A stretch of 64,000 nucleotides of DNA, from NCBI GenBank assembly GCA_963749495.1, contig CAVVMW010000016.1, positions 32,001 to 96,000 of the forward strand, read 5' to 3'. The DNA comes from an uncultured bacterium. Its GTDB lineage: Bacteria; Verrucomicrobiota; Verrucomicrobiia; Limisphaerales; UBA8199. Every line of letters starts with the position of its first letter. The stretch's first letter is position 1. Made by a program: the position numbers and the translations under genes. This document shows, one piece after another, positions 10,634 through 20,862 of the stretch. The notes below the pieces were generated by a model. It did not search any database and was not told where the DNA came from. It saw nothing but the letters and a program-made list of their open reading frames with translations.

Positions 10634-11058
10634 TCCAATTCCTGCGAAATCTCTTCACCAAGGACTTGGGGCTCAAGCTCTTCTCCCTGGCACTGGCCAT
10701 TCTGATCTATTGCACGATTTACTCCATCGCCTTCCCAAAAGAGGGCCCCTCGCTGCCCTCACTGGCCATGGCCAGTGACGTACACACCTTCTACAACGTC
10801 CCGGTCCTGGTCGTCTCCTCGGCCGCCGACGTGCGCCACTTCAAGGTCTCCCCCGACAAGGTCGCCGTGACTGTCCAGGGCGACCCCAAGGTCCTGGCCC
10901 GCCTGGAGAGCAACGAAGTCCGCGCCCTCGTCGACCTCACCGGCATCGAGTCCGCCAGCCATCTGAGCAAGAGCATCGATATCTCCGTCCCCGCAGGCAT
11001 CACTCGCGTCCGCGTCGTGCCCAGCGAAGTCCAAGTGATGTTCCCGGCCGACCGCTGA
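10630..11058 (+). CDS. CdaR/YbbR-like protein
   Basis: KDLGLKLFSLALAILIY anchor, VRALVDLTG. ATGA overlap with cdaA. Confidence 0.8.
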   Translation: MIQFLRNLFTKDLGLKLFSLALAILIYCTIYSIAFPKEGPSLPSLAMASDVHTFYNVPVLVVSSAADVRHFKVSPDKVAVTVQGDPKVLARLESNEVRALVDLTGIESASHLSKSIDISVPAGITRVRVVPSEVQVMFPADR

Positions 11059-11143
11059 GCGGGCGCCGCCAGGGTGTATCCCGACCCCCGCCGCCGGAGT
11101 GCGCCCAAAGCAGTCCCTAAAGCCTCGCCTAGACCATTTTTTA

Positions 11144-11202
11144 AACCACGGAATACACGGAAGGGGGGCCTTTTTCCGTGTGTTCCGTGTATTCCGTGGT
11201 TA
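11144..11202. repeat. Palindrome aaccacggaatacacggaa...ttccgtgtattccgtggtt (possible terminator)
   Basis: Inverted arms flanked by T and A runs. Confidence 0.75.
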
Positions 11203-11275
11203 AAAAAGCTTACCTCATTGACAAGCGGCGTGCAGGCGGGTGAGAATTCGGCATTATGCCCCTGGCGTTGCCCGG

Positions 11276-12112
11276 ATGAACACTGCGAGACTGCTGCTCT
11301 TCCTGTTTTGTCTTACACTCGGTTTCGACGCGCCCGCGGCGGGTTCGCGGTCCGGGCAGATCCTCTTTTGCAGCAACCGCTCCGGTGCGTGGCGCCTGTG
11401 GCTGGTGCAAGCCGACGGCTCGGGATTGAAGCAGTTGACCGCGCAGGATTCGGACGACCAGGACGTCGATCCCGTGTTCAGCCCGGACGGCAAGTCGGTC
11501 CTGTTCACCTCGACGCGCGGCGGCAAGAGCGGGGTCTGGCAATTGTCGCTCGCGGGGGGCAAAGCGGAGCGCGTCTGCGACGGCGACCAGGCCGAGTGGT
11601 CGCCGGATGGCAGGAGAATCGCTCTGCGCCGCCAGGAACGCATCGTCACTCGCGACCTGGCCACGGGCGCCGAGAAGGTCCTCAGCCCCGAGGATTGGCC
11701 TCACTGTTCGGGCCCGGCGTGGAGCCCCGACGGCAAGGCGCTGGCCTTCGCCGCCCGGTGGGAAGGAGGCAATGGCATCTATATCGTCCCGGCCGAAGGC
11801 GGCAAGCCGGCGAAGGTTTATGACCAGCAGGGCGCCTGCGAACCCCATTGGTCGCCGGATGGCACGCGCCTGGTCTATGAAACGGAGACCCATATCTGCA
11901 CGATAAACGCGGACGGCACGAAGAACCGGGTGATCACCTATTTCGGCGGGGTGCAGCGTTATGCCCGCTATAGCCCCGACGGCAAATCCCTGGTCTTCTG
12001 CCAGGGTGTATCCGAGCAAGGTCCCTGGGAGCTCTACCTCATCCCGGCCGCCGGAGGCACGCCCCTCAAACTCACCGAAGGCGGGTCCGATATGTACCCG
12101 GATTGGAGATGA
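11276..12112 (+). CDS. TolB-like PD40 beta-propeller protein
   Basis: Signal peptide; repeated (W/F/Y)SPDG motifs. Confidence 0.85.
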   Translation: MNTARLLLFLFCLTLGFDAPAAGSRSGQILFCSNRSGAWRLWLVQADGSGLKQLTAQDSDDQDVDPVFSPDGKSVLFTSTRGGKSGVWQLSLAGGKAERVCDGDQAEWSPDGRRIALRRQERIVTRDLATGAEKVLSPEDWPHCSGPAWSPDGKALAFAARWEGGNGIYIVPAEGGKPAKVYDQQGACEPHWSPDGTRLVYETETHICTINADGTKNRVITYFGGVQRYARYSPDGKSLVFCQGVSEQGPWELYLIPAAGGTPLKLTEGGSDMYPDWR

Positions 12113-12116
12113 GACG

Positions 12117-13870
12117 GTGAACACCCCCGAGTCATCTTTGTCGGAACCTTTGTCGGAACCTTTGTCGGAACCTTTGTCGGGACCTTTGTCGGAACCTTTG
12201 TCGCAGCCTTTGTCGAATGGGGCCGGTTTTCGACAAAGGTTCCGACAAAGGCTGCGACAAAGGTTGGGAAAATCACTTGAGGTCCGGTGCAGTAGAGCAG
12301 CGCTCTGCCTGCTCATGCTTTCGACCTCTCTGGCCACCCGTCCGGCCTGTGCGCAGGACGAGGCCCCGGTTGCGCGGCTGTTTGACACGGTTGTCTCCGT
12401 GGCGGGGCCGCTGACGGACGATGCGCTGGCCCGCCAAGGCGCCTGGCGGCAGGTGCCGGAGGACAACGTCAGCCAGGCCTTCAACGGCGATGCCGTTTTG
12501 CTCAATGACAAACTGGCGGTGCTCTTGAAAAAACAGGGGCGGGGCCCGGAGATCTATTCGAGGATGACTGGCCGGCTGAAGCACCGCGCCACGTTGGGCT
12601 GCGCCGGCGCGCTGTCTTCGCCGCTCGACTCACCCGATGGGTTCCGCATCATCCAGAACACGCCCGGCGGCGTGGTCGTGGAAGCAGGCTTCAAGGGCGG
12701 CGGACCGGCGTCCCTGCGCCTGCGCCTGACGACAGGTGAATCCATCCTTGAGATCCAGTCCAAAGAAGGGGCCGGCTTTGTCGAGGTGCAATCGCAGACC
12801 CGTTATGTGGTCGTCCCGGATTATTTCGGCGATGACCTGGTTATGCGGCCGGGGCCACGGGCGGCCTGTTTCTCCCGGCAGAGAACTTTTGCCTTCACCT
12901 CCTGGAGGGCGAGGAGGCAATGCTGATGAGCGTGCGGCAATCCAGCGAGCAGGACGAATGGCTTGCCGTTGGAGGCGGCAGCGCCGAGGTTGGGTCTTGG
13001 CGCAGCCTGATTCGTTGCCCGAAGGACAAGAGCGTATGGCTGGCTTTCCTGGAATGCCCTGCCATTTGGCACGCCCGGGGTGCGTTGGCGGGCGATGCCT
13101 GGGAACCCCCGTTCCGTGCCAAATGGCGCGGCAGTTTCGTTCGGCAAGACTGCGCGGCCGATTCCTGGGAAATGGGGGCGGGACCTGGCCCGGGGCAAAA
13201 CGCCGGCCCGCACCAGGGGCCGCTGATCATTTACCCGCTCGACCGGAGCACCGCCACCCCGCTCACGGCCACTTGTCCTACTGATGTCATGCGGAACACC
13301 CTGGGCGTAGGGCCCTGCCAATACATTCTCGCCTGCGAGGGTCTGGGCGCCCATGGCGATCCCACCCCCAACAGCGTCATGGGCTGGGTGGAAAAGCAGT
13401 TCGAGACCAAGCGCGACCGCAAGGCGGCCGACGACATCAAGGAACGCCTGGAGCAGATGGTCAAACACGTGGCCGACGCCCGCGCGCGAATCGAACGTTA
13501 CGCCGAGTTTGCCCGCCAGCTCCGCAATTCGCCCGGCGGCAATCAGGCCCCATTCGCAGCCCGCGTTGCGGACATGGAGCGGTTCTCCGCCGCCGGCTTG
13601 GCCCCGGACACCTCGCCGCAGCGTGCCCGGCAATTGGCGGACCAAGCCGCCGCCCTTATCGGCCACGAGAATGCCTTGGCCCCATGCCGGGAGCTCGGAC
13701 AGCAGCTTCGGTCCATCGGCACGGTCCAGGATCGCGCCCTGGCAAAATGCCGCATGGCGGTGCGGCGCGTACGCCAGGAGGCCCGGACTCTCGCCCTGCA
13801 CGAACCGTCTGCCGCCGCCCCCGCCCTCCAGATGCAACGGCTGACAGAACAATTCCTACAAACCAAATGA
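12117..13870 (+). CDS. Secreted hypothetical protein (paralogue of 13867-16299), frameshift ~12841
   Basis: Joining frames gives PDYFGDDLV-YAAG..LPAENFCLHLL; shares RNTLGVGPC motif with the next gene. Confidence 0.7.
12135..12266. repeat. 12-mer inverted tandem repeat (CTTTGTCGGAAC)n...(CGACAAAGGTTC)n
   Basis: Same family at 20116, 37764, 42498, 49725, 53095. Confidence 0.9.
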
Positions 13871-16299
13871 AAACCCAGATCCTGCGACTGTTAAGGCCGG
13901 CTAACAAAATTAGCGAAGTAACCGCAGAGAACACAAAGATCGCAAAGAAAGCCCTCAATTTCACCGGATCTCTGTGTTCTTTGCGTTCTTTGCGGTTAAT
14001 TCTGTTAGCCGCTCTAAGTGGCGTTCTTATCTTCGTGCCGAGCGTCCCGTTGGGCGCCTCGGAGCCGCCGAGGAACTTCTTCGCCAATCCCAGCTTCGAA
14101 CTCGGCCAGGAGGGATGGATACTGGACAAGGCCGGCAAGACCCAGTGCCAGTTCTCGGTGGACGACGCCGATGCCGCCGATGGCCGCTATAGCGTGGCGC
14201 TGCGGCTTTCCGCGGTCGAAGGCTGGGGCGTGCAATTCGGCCAGAATTTTGCCGCCGGGGAAAAAGGCAAGACATTCACCTTCGCCGTGCTGGCCCGGAG
14301 CGCGCAGGACCCCGTCGAGGTTGGCCTCCAAATCGAGCGCAGCGCCTCGCCCTGGGACCGGGCGGCTGGCGAGCACTTCAAACTGAACAAGGATTGGCAG
14401 GAATTGCACTTGACTTTCAAAATCGAAAAAGATTTTCCCCAAGGCTGGTTCGCCTACCTCAGTTGCACCCAGCCCCAGGCCCAAATCCGCGCCGACCTGT
14501 TCCGGCTCTACGAAGGCCCCTATGTCCCCTACAAGGAAGTCGTCCGCCAGGAAATGGCCTCCGTGGGCGTCCGCGTTTTCGATACCCCCGCTCCCTCCGC
14601 CGTGCCGTTGAGCGGCGAGGCCCTCTCGAGCAGGCCAGCGTGGACCGAGGTTGCTGAAGATGACCTGGCCCACAGCTTCAAAGGGGATGCCGTCTTCATG
14701 AACGACCGGCTGGCCGTGGTGCTGCGCCGCGGGGCTCCAGGCGGCGAGGTCTATTCCCTGGCGCCCGAGGGTCCGCTGCTGCGAAGCGTGTTGGTCCCGG
14801 TGGGCGCCGCCAAGGCGGTAACGCTCTCCTCATGGACGCTCCTGCAGAACAACGCGGGTGCGTGTGCCGCGGACGTCCTGTTCAGTGCGCCTGGCGGGCA
14901 GGCGCTCAAGTTGCGTTACGACCTCAAGGCCGGCGAGCCTATCCTCCTGACCACGGCGCGGGAGGGGGCGACCTCCCTGCGCGTCGAGGCCCCGTGCCGC
15001 TTTGTGGTGATGCCGGACTTCTTTGCGGACGACATCGTCGTCGAGGCCTCCGATCTCCCGGTGAGCGAGGCCGAGTTGCCGGGCGACAACCTGCTGCTGC
15101 ACCTGCTGCCGGACCGCAAGGCCATCCTGATGACCGTAGTCAAGACCAGTGAGGAGGATGTCCGGGTGGCGCTCTCCGGCCAGAACGAGCAGCGGAGGAT
15201 TGACAGCTCCGAGGTCCGCTACGGAACGGACGGCCGGATCTGGGTGGCCATTGTGGCCCGGCCGGCAATCTGGCACGTGCAGGAGATTGGCCGGGAACAG
15301 GCCGGCCAGGTCCTTTCCCTGGAGTGGAAGGCCCCGTTTCCCGCGCTATGGCGCACCGATTGGCGGCGGGACAAGAGCCTGACCGATAGCTGGGAGATGC
15401 TCAACGAGAGGGCCGACGGCCAGTTCACCAAGTATGGCCTTTTCGGGGGGCCGGATACGATCCCGGCGAATCGGGAGCGGTGGACGACCGTCCTGGGCAC
15501 CTTCCAGTACCCGTGTTGGCTGGACCGGGACGGCCGGGCCTGGTTGCAACCGCTCCGGCACCCGGCCCTGCGGTTCCAAGGGCCGGCCCTCATCTACCCG
15601 CTCAGCCGCGCCCCCGCCACCGCCCTCGATGCCTTCACGGTCATCGATGTCCTCCGCAACACCCTCGGCGTCGGGCCGTGCGAATACGTCCTCGACGTGG
15701 AAGGGCAGAAATCACAATACAAAGGCCGGGCGACCTGCTCGGTGCGGGACACTCTGAACCCGATCTACAAGAGCCACGAACAAAAAGCGCGCCGGGCGGA
15801 GATCGAGCGAACGCTCCAGGACCTGATGCTATTCGTCCGCCACATCCGCGGGCGGATCGAAGGCTACGTCGCCTTTGGGCACGAAATCCTCGAGTACCTG
15901 GAGCAACAGAAAAGGGCGCACCCGGAGTTGGCCGGGCCGATTGGCGAATTGGAATCGGTTGCGCGGATGACGGACGCCAAATTCGCGGCGCGCAAGGATG
16001 CCATCCAAACTCCCGCCGCCGCCGCCAAAATGGTCGAGGAGTTCAAACAGACCGTGCTCGATTACGACGGGGACGATGCCCTGGCCCGGTGCCGGCGCTT
16101 CACCGAAGGTTGGGTGGAGATCGGCGGCAACCAGGACGAACTGGCCGGCGAGTGTCGTTGGGCGGTGAAAATGCTCCGGCAAAAGGCCGGTTTGTTGATG
16201 GCAACGGATCCTCGCATGGCCGAGATCGGCAAGGAACTCCGGCGCCGCAGCCAGATCGTCCTGCGCGCCCCGGCCATTCATGAAGGGGCAAGACATTAG
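13867..16299 (+). CDS. Secreted protein with N-terminal CBM4/9-like domain and unknown C-terminal region
   Basis: NFFANPSFE carbohydrate-binding-type start; PDFFADDIV, RNTLGVGPCEY. Confidence 0.75.
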   Translation: MKTQILRLLRPANKISEVTAENTKIAKKALNFTGSLCSLRSLRLILLAALSGVLIFVPSVPLGASEPPRNFFANPSFELGQEGWILDKAGKTQCQFSVDDADAADGRYSVALRLSAVEGWGVQFGQNFAAGEKGKTFTFAVLARSAQDPVEVGLQIERSASPWDRAAGEHFKLNKDWQELHLTFKIEKDFPQGWFAYLSCTQPQAQIRADLFRLYEGPYVPYKEVVRQEMASVGVRVFDTPAPSAVPLSGEALSSRPAWTEVAEDDLAHSFKGDAVFMNDRLAVVLRRGAPGGEVYSLAPEGPLLRSVLVPVGAAKAVTLSSWTLLQNNAGACAADVLFSAPGGQALKLRYDLKAGEPILLTTAREGATSLRVEAPCRFVVMPDFFADDIVVEASDLPVSEAELPGDNLLLHLLPDRKAILMTVVKTSEEDVRVALSGQNEQRRIDSSEVRYGTDGRIWVAIVARPAIWHVQEIGREQAGQVLSLEWKAPFPALWRTDWRRDKSLTDSWEMLNERADGQFTKYGLFGGPDTIPANRERWTTVLGTFQYPCWLDRDGRAWLQPLRHPALRFQGPALIYPLSRAPATALDAFTVIDVLRNTLGVGPCEYVLDVEGQKSQYKGRATCSVRDTLNPIYKSHEQKARRAEIERTLQDLMLFVRHIRGRIEGYVAFGHEILEYLEQQKRAHPELAGPIGELESVARMTDAKFAARKDAIQTPAAAAKMVEEFKQTVLDYDGDDALARCRRFTEGWVEIGGNQDELAGECRWAVKMLRQKAGLLMATDPRMAEIGKELRRRSQIVLRAPAIHEGARH

Positions 16300-16322
16300 G
16301 CGCTGAATCCCAAATCCGAAAC

Positions 16323-16387
16323 AGGCAGAAACATGGGGGCAGAAAAATGTGTTTCTTTCATATCTTTCTGCCCCCATTTTTCTGCCA
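16323..16387. repeat. Palindrome ggcagaaa...tttctgcc
   Basis: ggcagaaacatgggggcagaaa / tttctgcccccatttttctgcc. Confidence 0.75.
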
Positions 16388-16421
16388 GTTCAGGATCTCA
16401 AGTCCAAAGCTCGAATAGGCC

Positions 16422-17535
16422 ATGTTCAGTAACGCCTCAATGACCCCTCACCCCGGCCCTCTCCCCTTCGGAAGGGGAGAGGGAGAAGCGTCGGCCGTCT
16501 CTCGAACTTCCTTTGCGTCTCCGCTTCCTCAAGCGCTACCGAGAATTCCCCCTCTCCCCTTCCGAAGGGGAGAGGGCCGGGGTGAGGGGTTCGCCGCTGA
16601 CTCCGTTTCCGCCTTCACGGGCCTTGCGGCCGCTCTGGCGGCGCTGCCACGGTTCACGGTTCACGTTTCACGTTTCACGCCTCCTCTCGCCGGCATCGCC
16701 GTGGCTCTGACGGCGTTGCTCAGCGCCGGCTGTAACCGGGCTGGCGCGCCCGCGCCGGCCCAAGACCCCGACGGCGGCCCCCAAGACCGTCACCGGTTCA
16801 AACGGCCTTGCCGTGGTCCTCATCCCCGCCGGCGAGTTCATCATGGGCGACAACGACGGCGATGCCGATGAACGGCCCGCCCACAAAGTGCGAGTCAGCG
16901 CCTTTTACATGGATACCCGCGAGGTCACCCAAAAGGCCTACGAGGGCCTCATGGAAGCGAATCCCTCCAAATCCAAAGGCCCCGACAAGCCGGTGGAACA
17001 GGTGGATTGGTACCACGCCGTTCTGTTCTGCAATATGCGCTCACTCAAAGAGGGCCTCAAGCCGTGCTACGACTCCAAGACCCTGTCGTGTGATTTCACC
17101 GCCGGGGGCTACCGGCTCCCGACCGAGGCCGAATGGGAATACGCCTGCCGGGCCGGAACACGGGACAAATACTCTTGTGGCGATGCGCCGGACAAACTCA
17201 AGACGTGCGCCTGGTTCAAGGAAAACGCTGCTCAAACCACCCATCCGGCCGGGCAAAAGGCCCCCAATCCGTGGGGCCTTTATGATATGCACGGCAACGT
17301 GTCCGAGTGGTGCCAGGACTTCTATGCCGAAGGCTATTACCAGAAAAACGAGGGCCAGGACCCGCGCGGGCCGTCTGCAGGTGACAAGTGTGTTCTGCGC
17401 GGCGGCAGTTGGCGAACCGGGCCCGATGGCTGCCGCTCTTCGGCCCGCAACAGCGAAACCCCGCGTTTCGCCGATGCCTGTTTCGGGTCCGACTCCTGCG
17501 GCTTCCGTTGCGTGCGAAGCGCCAGGTATGATTAG
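16422..17535 (+). CDS. FGE-sulfatase (SUMF1-like) domain lipoprotein, frameshift ~16780
   Basis: LSAGC lipobox; GYRLPTEAEWEYACRAG, NPWGLYDMHGNVSEWC, RGGSW, GFRCV. Confidence 0.85.
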
Positions 17536-17826
17536 TTGGACAATGTTAGATTTCCTCGGAAAAATAGCCAGCGTGGTCAGTCCTGTCCCGGAGGGACACT
17601 TGACAATAGCCCAACGTTTCAACGTTGGGTTTAGCGGCCATGGGGGAACAAGTCCCGTAGGGACGGCTGAAAAGACGGTTGATTTCAGCCGTCCCTACGG
17701 GACTCATGATCATTCGGTGCGGGTGAACCCAACGTTGAAACGTTGGGCTATTCTCAGATGTCCCTCCGGGACAGGACTCGGGCGCGTTCAGCCTGTTTCC
17801 GAGGAAATCTAACATTGTCGAATTAA
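17534..17826. repeat. REP doublet inside ~30-bp terminal inverted repeats
   Basis: gacaatgttagatttcctcggaaa / tttccgaggaaatctaacattgtc enclose a gtcccggagggac REP pair. Confidence 0.85.
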
Positions 17827-17828
17827 TT

Positions 17829-20102
17829 ATGAAAAGCGTTCTCAACCGGCTCGTGCCGAGCGCACTGGGCGTAACATGCCTGCTGTGGGCAGCCCATTTT
17901 GCCCGCGCCGCTCTCACGGATTACGCCAAACCGATGATCGGAACGGCCGAGCACGGCCACGTTTTCCCCGGCGCCACCGTCCCGTTTGGGATGGTCCAGG
18001 TGTCGCCGGACACGCGTGACGGAAGCGCGGACGATGCCTACCAGGACGGCGCTGTCGGGTATCACTATTCCGACACGTCAATCATGGGCTTCTCCCACAA
18101 CCACCTGACGGGCACCGGCATCGGCGATCTGGGCAATGTCCTGCTCATGCCGACGGTGGGCGCAGTGAAACTGGTTGCCGGCAAAGAGCCTGGGACAGGC
18201 TACCGCGCCCGCTTTTCCCACGACCAGGAAGAGGCCCGGCCCGGCTACTACCGTGTCTTCCTTCCCGATTATAAAATCAACGTGGAGCTGACTGCCACCA
18301 GCCGCGTCGGCCTGCACCGCTATACGTTCCCGGAGACCTCGGACGGCCATGTCATTCTCGACCTGTGGCATGGCATCGGCCGGGGCAACCGCTCCCATCC
18401 GACCGATTCCGCCATCACCATCGAAAACCCGCGCACGGTCAGTGGCTTCCGCCGGAGCCGCGGCTGGGGTGGCGACAAGATCTATTACTTCGTGCTGGAG
18501 TTCTCCCGCCCCTTCGATGGTGCGGGGCTGGCCTCTGACGGGAGCAATGTCAGTGCCAGGCAGGCCCAGGGCAGGAATCTGCAAGGCCATTTTGATTTCA
18601 AAACCAAGGCCGGAGAGCAGCTCACCGTTCGCGTTGCCCTTTCCACCGTGAGTGTCGAGGGGGCGCGCAACAATCTCCGGGCCGAAGCCGCCACGGGTGA
18701 TTTTGACGCCATCGCCGCTGCGGCTCGCGCCCAATGGGAGCAGGCCCTCGGGACCATCCAGGTGCAGGCCGCCGACAAAAGCTTCCTGGAAACTTTCTAC
18801 TCCGCCTTCTACCACGTCTTTCTGGCCCCGACGCTCCTGAGCGACGTGGATGGCCAGGTCCGCGGTCCGGACACCCGCGTCCACCAGGTCAAGGGCTTCG
18901 ATTACTACTCCGAGTTGTCGCTCTGGGACACGTTCCGCGCCGAGCATCCCCTGTTGACGCTCGTTCAGCCCAATCGCGTCAACGACATGATCAACACGAT
19001 GCTCGCCCATTACAGGTTCTTCGGGCAAAAAGCCCTCCCGGTCTGGGTCGAGTCGGGCAAAGAAAACTGGTGCATGATCGGCAACCATTCGATCCCGGTG
19101 ATCGTCAATGCGTATCTCAAGGGCTTCCGCCAGTGGGATGCTGCCGAGGCGCTGGCGGACATGGTCGCCACGACCGAAGGCAGCCGGGCCCAGATGCCCG
19201 AATACCGGGCCCATGGCTACATCGCCAGCGGCAAGAACGCCGAGGCGGTCTCCAAGACCCTCGAATACGCCTACGACGATGCCTGCATCGCCCGGTTCGC
19301 CAAGGCCCTGGGGCAACACGACGTCGCCGGCCGCTACGCCAAACGCGCCAATAACTGGCAGAATGTCTTTGACCCCGGCACCGCCTTCATGCGCGGCAAG
19401 ACCAAAGAGGGCGCCTGGGTCGCGCCTTTCAACCCCAACGCCATTGACGCCGATTCCTACACCGAGGCCAACGCCTGGCAATCTTATTTCGTGCCCCAGG
19501 ACGTGCCGGGCCTGATCCGGAGCATGGGTGGTGACGAAAAGTTCGCGGCCCGCCTCGACCAGGTTTTCGAGAGCAAGGAGCAAATCGTCAATTTCTCGGA
19601 GGATGTCGTCGGCCTCATCGGCATGTACGCCCATGGCAACGAACCGTGCCACCACTATGCCTACCTCTATGCCTACGCCGGGCGACCCTGGAAAACCCAG
19701 GCCCGCATCCGCCAGGTGTGCAACACGCTCTACAACAACACGACCGCCGGCATGTGCGGCAACGATGACTGCGGCCAGATGTCAGCCTGGTATGTCTTCA
19801 GCGCGCTGGGCCTTTACCCGGCCGATCCCTGTGGCGGCGTATATGTCCTGGGCGGCCCGCTGATGGACCAGGCGACCCTCACGCTCGCTCCCCCACATTA
19901 CAAAGGCGCCCGGTTCACCATCATCGCCACGGACAATTCCCCCGCGAACCTGTATATCCAGTCAGCGACCCTCAACGGCCAGCCCCTCGCCCGCACCTGG
20001 CTCACTCACGACGAGATAGCAGCCGGCGGCAGGCTTGTCCTGCAGATGGGCCCGGCTGCCAACCCAGCCTGGGGCGCTGCCCCCGCCGACCGGCCCAGAT
20101 AG
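17829..20102 (+). CDS. GH92 alpha-1,2-mannosidase family protein
   Basis: GHVFPGATVPFGMVQVSPDT, SLWDTFRA, YAHGNEP, GNDDCGQMSAWY. Confidence 0.95.
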   Translation: MKSVLNRLVPSALGVTCLLWAAHFARAALTDYAKPMIGTAEHGHVFPGATVPFGMVQVSPDTRDGSADDAYQDGAVGYHYSDTSIMGFSHNHLTGTGIGDLGNVLLMPTVGAVKLVAGKEPGTGYRARFSHDQEEARPGYYRVFLPDYKINVELTATSRVGLHRYTFPETSDGHVILDLWHGIGRGNRSHPTDSAITIENPRTVSGFRRSRGWGGDKIYYFVLEFSRPFDGAGLASDGSNVSARQAQGRNLQGHFDFKTKAGEQLTVRVALSTVSVEGARNNLRAEAATGDFDAIAAAARAQWEQALGTIQVQAADKSFLETFYSAFYHVFLAPTLLSDVDGQVRGPDTRVHQVKGFDYYSELSLWDTFRAEHPLLTLVQPNRVNDMINTMLAHYRFFGQKALPVWVESGKENWCMIGNHSIPVIVNAYLKGFRQWDAAEALADMVATTEGSRAQMPEYRAHGYIASGKNAEAVSKTLEYAYDDACIARFAKALGQHDVAGRYAKRANNWQNVFDPGTAFMRGKTKEGAWVAPFNPNAIDADSYTEANAWQSYFVPQDVPGLIRSMGGDEKFAARLDQVFESKEQIVNFSEDVVGLIGMYAHGNEPCHHYAYLYAYAGRPWKTQARIRQVCNTLYNNTTAGMCGNDDCGQMSAWYVFSALGLYPADPCGGVYVLGGPLMDQATLTLAPPHYKGARFTIIATDNSPANLYIQSATLNGQPLARTWLTHDEIAAGGRLVLQMGPAANPAWGAAPADRPR

Positions 20103-20414
20103 GCGCTGATTCCGGACCTTTGTCGCAGTCTTTGTCGGCACCTTTGTCGAGAAATGGTCAATTCGACAAAGGTCTCGACAAAGGTCTCGACAAAGGTCCC
20201 CCACTCCCGAGGTTGTTCGGACGGGCTCTGGATAATAGCCCGGGGCTGAGCCCGCCAGGCCGCATGACGTTCCATAATCCGTTGGCGATTGTAATGGCCA
20301 AGCGATGGTCTGGGCAGGCACAATCGGTCGCGTCGGTTCGGATGGTTGGCTGCCGGTTCGAGTCAAGAGTCGGGGCGACCCCCGAGGGGCGGGTGTCGAG
20401 GGAGCCGCTGGGAA

Positions 20415-20665
20415 TGCGTCGCGTAGCAACGCCATGAAGGTAGCCGTGGACTTTCAGTCCACGGTTCGAGCGCCCAAAGCGTGGCGCGTCGCGTAGCGAC
20501 GCCTGAATGCCTCCTGGTGCCTGAAACCCGGGCTGGGCCGAGCGAAAATCCAATGCGGCTGGCGGCTCGGCCCGGTCTTCAGGCGTCGCTACGCGACGCA
20601 ATTGATGCTTGGCCTGTGAACCGTGGACTGAAAGTCCACGGCTACCGTCAAGCACCGCTACGCGG
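20415..20665. repeat. REP-like doublet (cgtcgcgtagcgacg / gccgtggactttcagtccacgg)
   Basis: Inverted copies visible. Confidence 0.75.
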
Positions 20666-20862
20666 TGCCAAACGCCCTCTCCCCTTCGGAAGGGGAGGGG
20701 TCCGCCGGGGACTCCGTCTCCGCCTACGCTGACGGGTCGGGTTCCGAGCGCAGAGCGGCCGCCCCTTGACACCGGGCACTCGACACCCGACACTGGCATC
20801 CGAATACCGTTGAACCGAGGTTTAGGCGTGGCTGAGAATGCGGTTTACTGTGTCTATCATTT

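Noticed and set aside
12135..12266. GACAAAGG 12-mer arrays as a CRISPR array
   Set aside because: Units are contiguous, without unique spacers, arranged as inverted arms; no cas genes seen.
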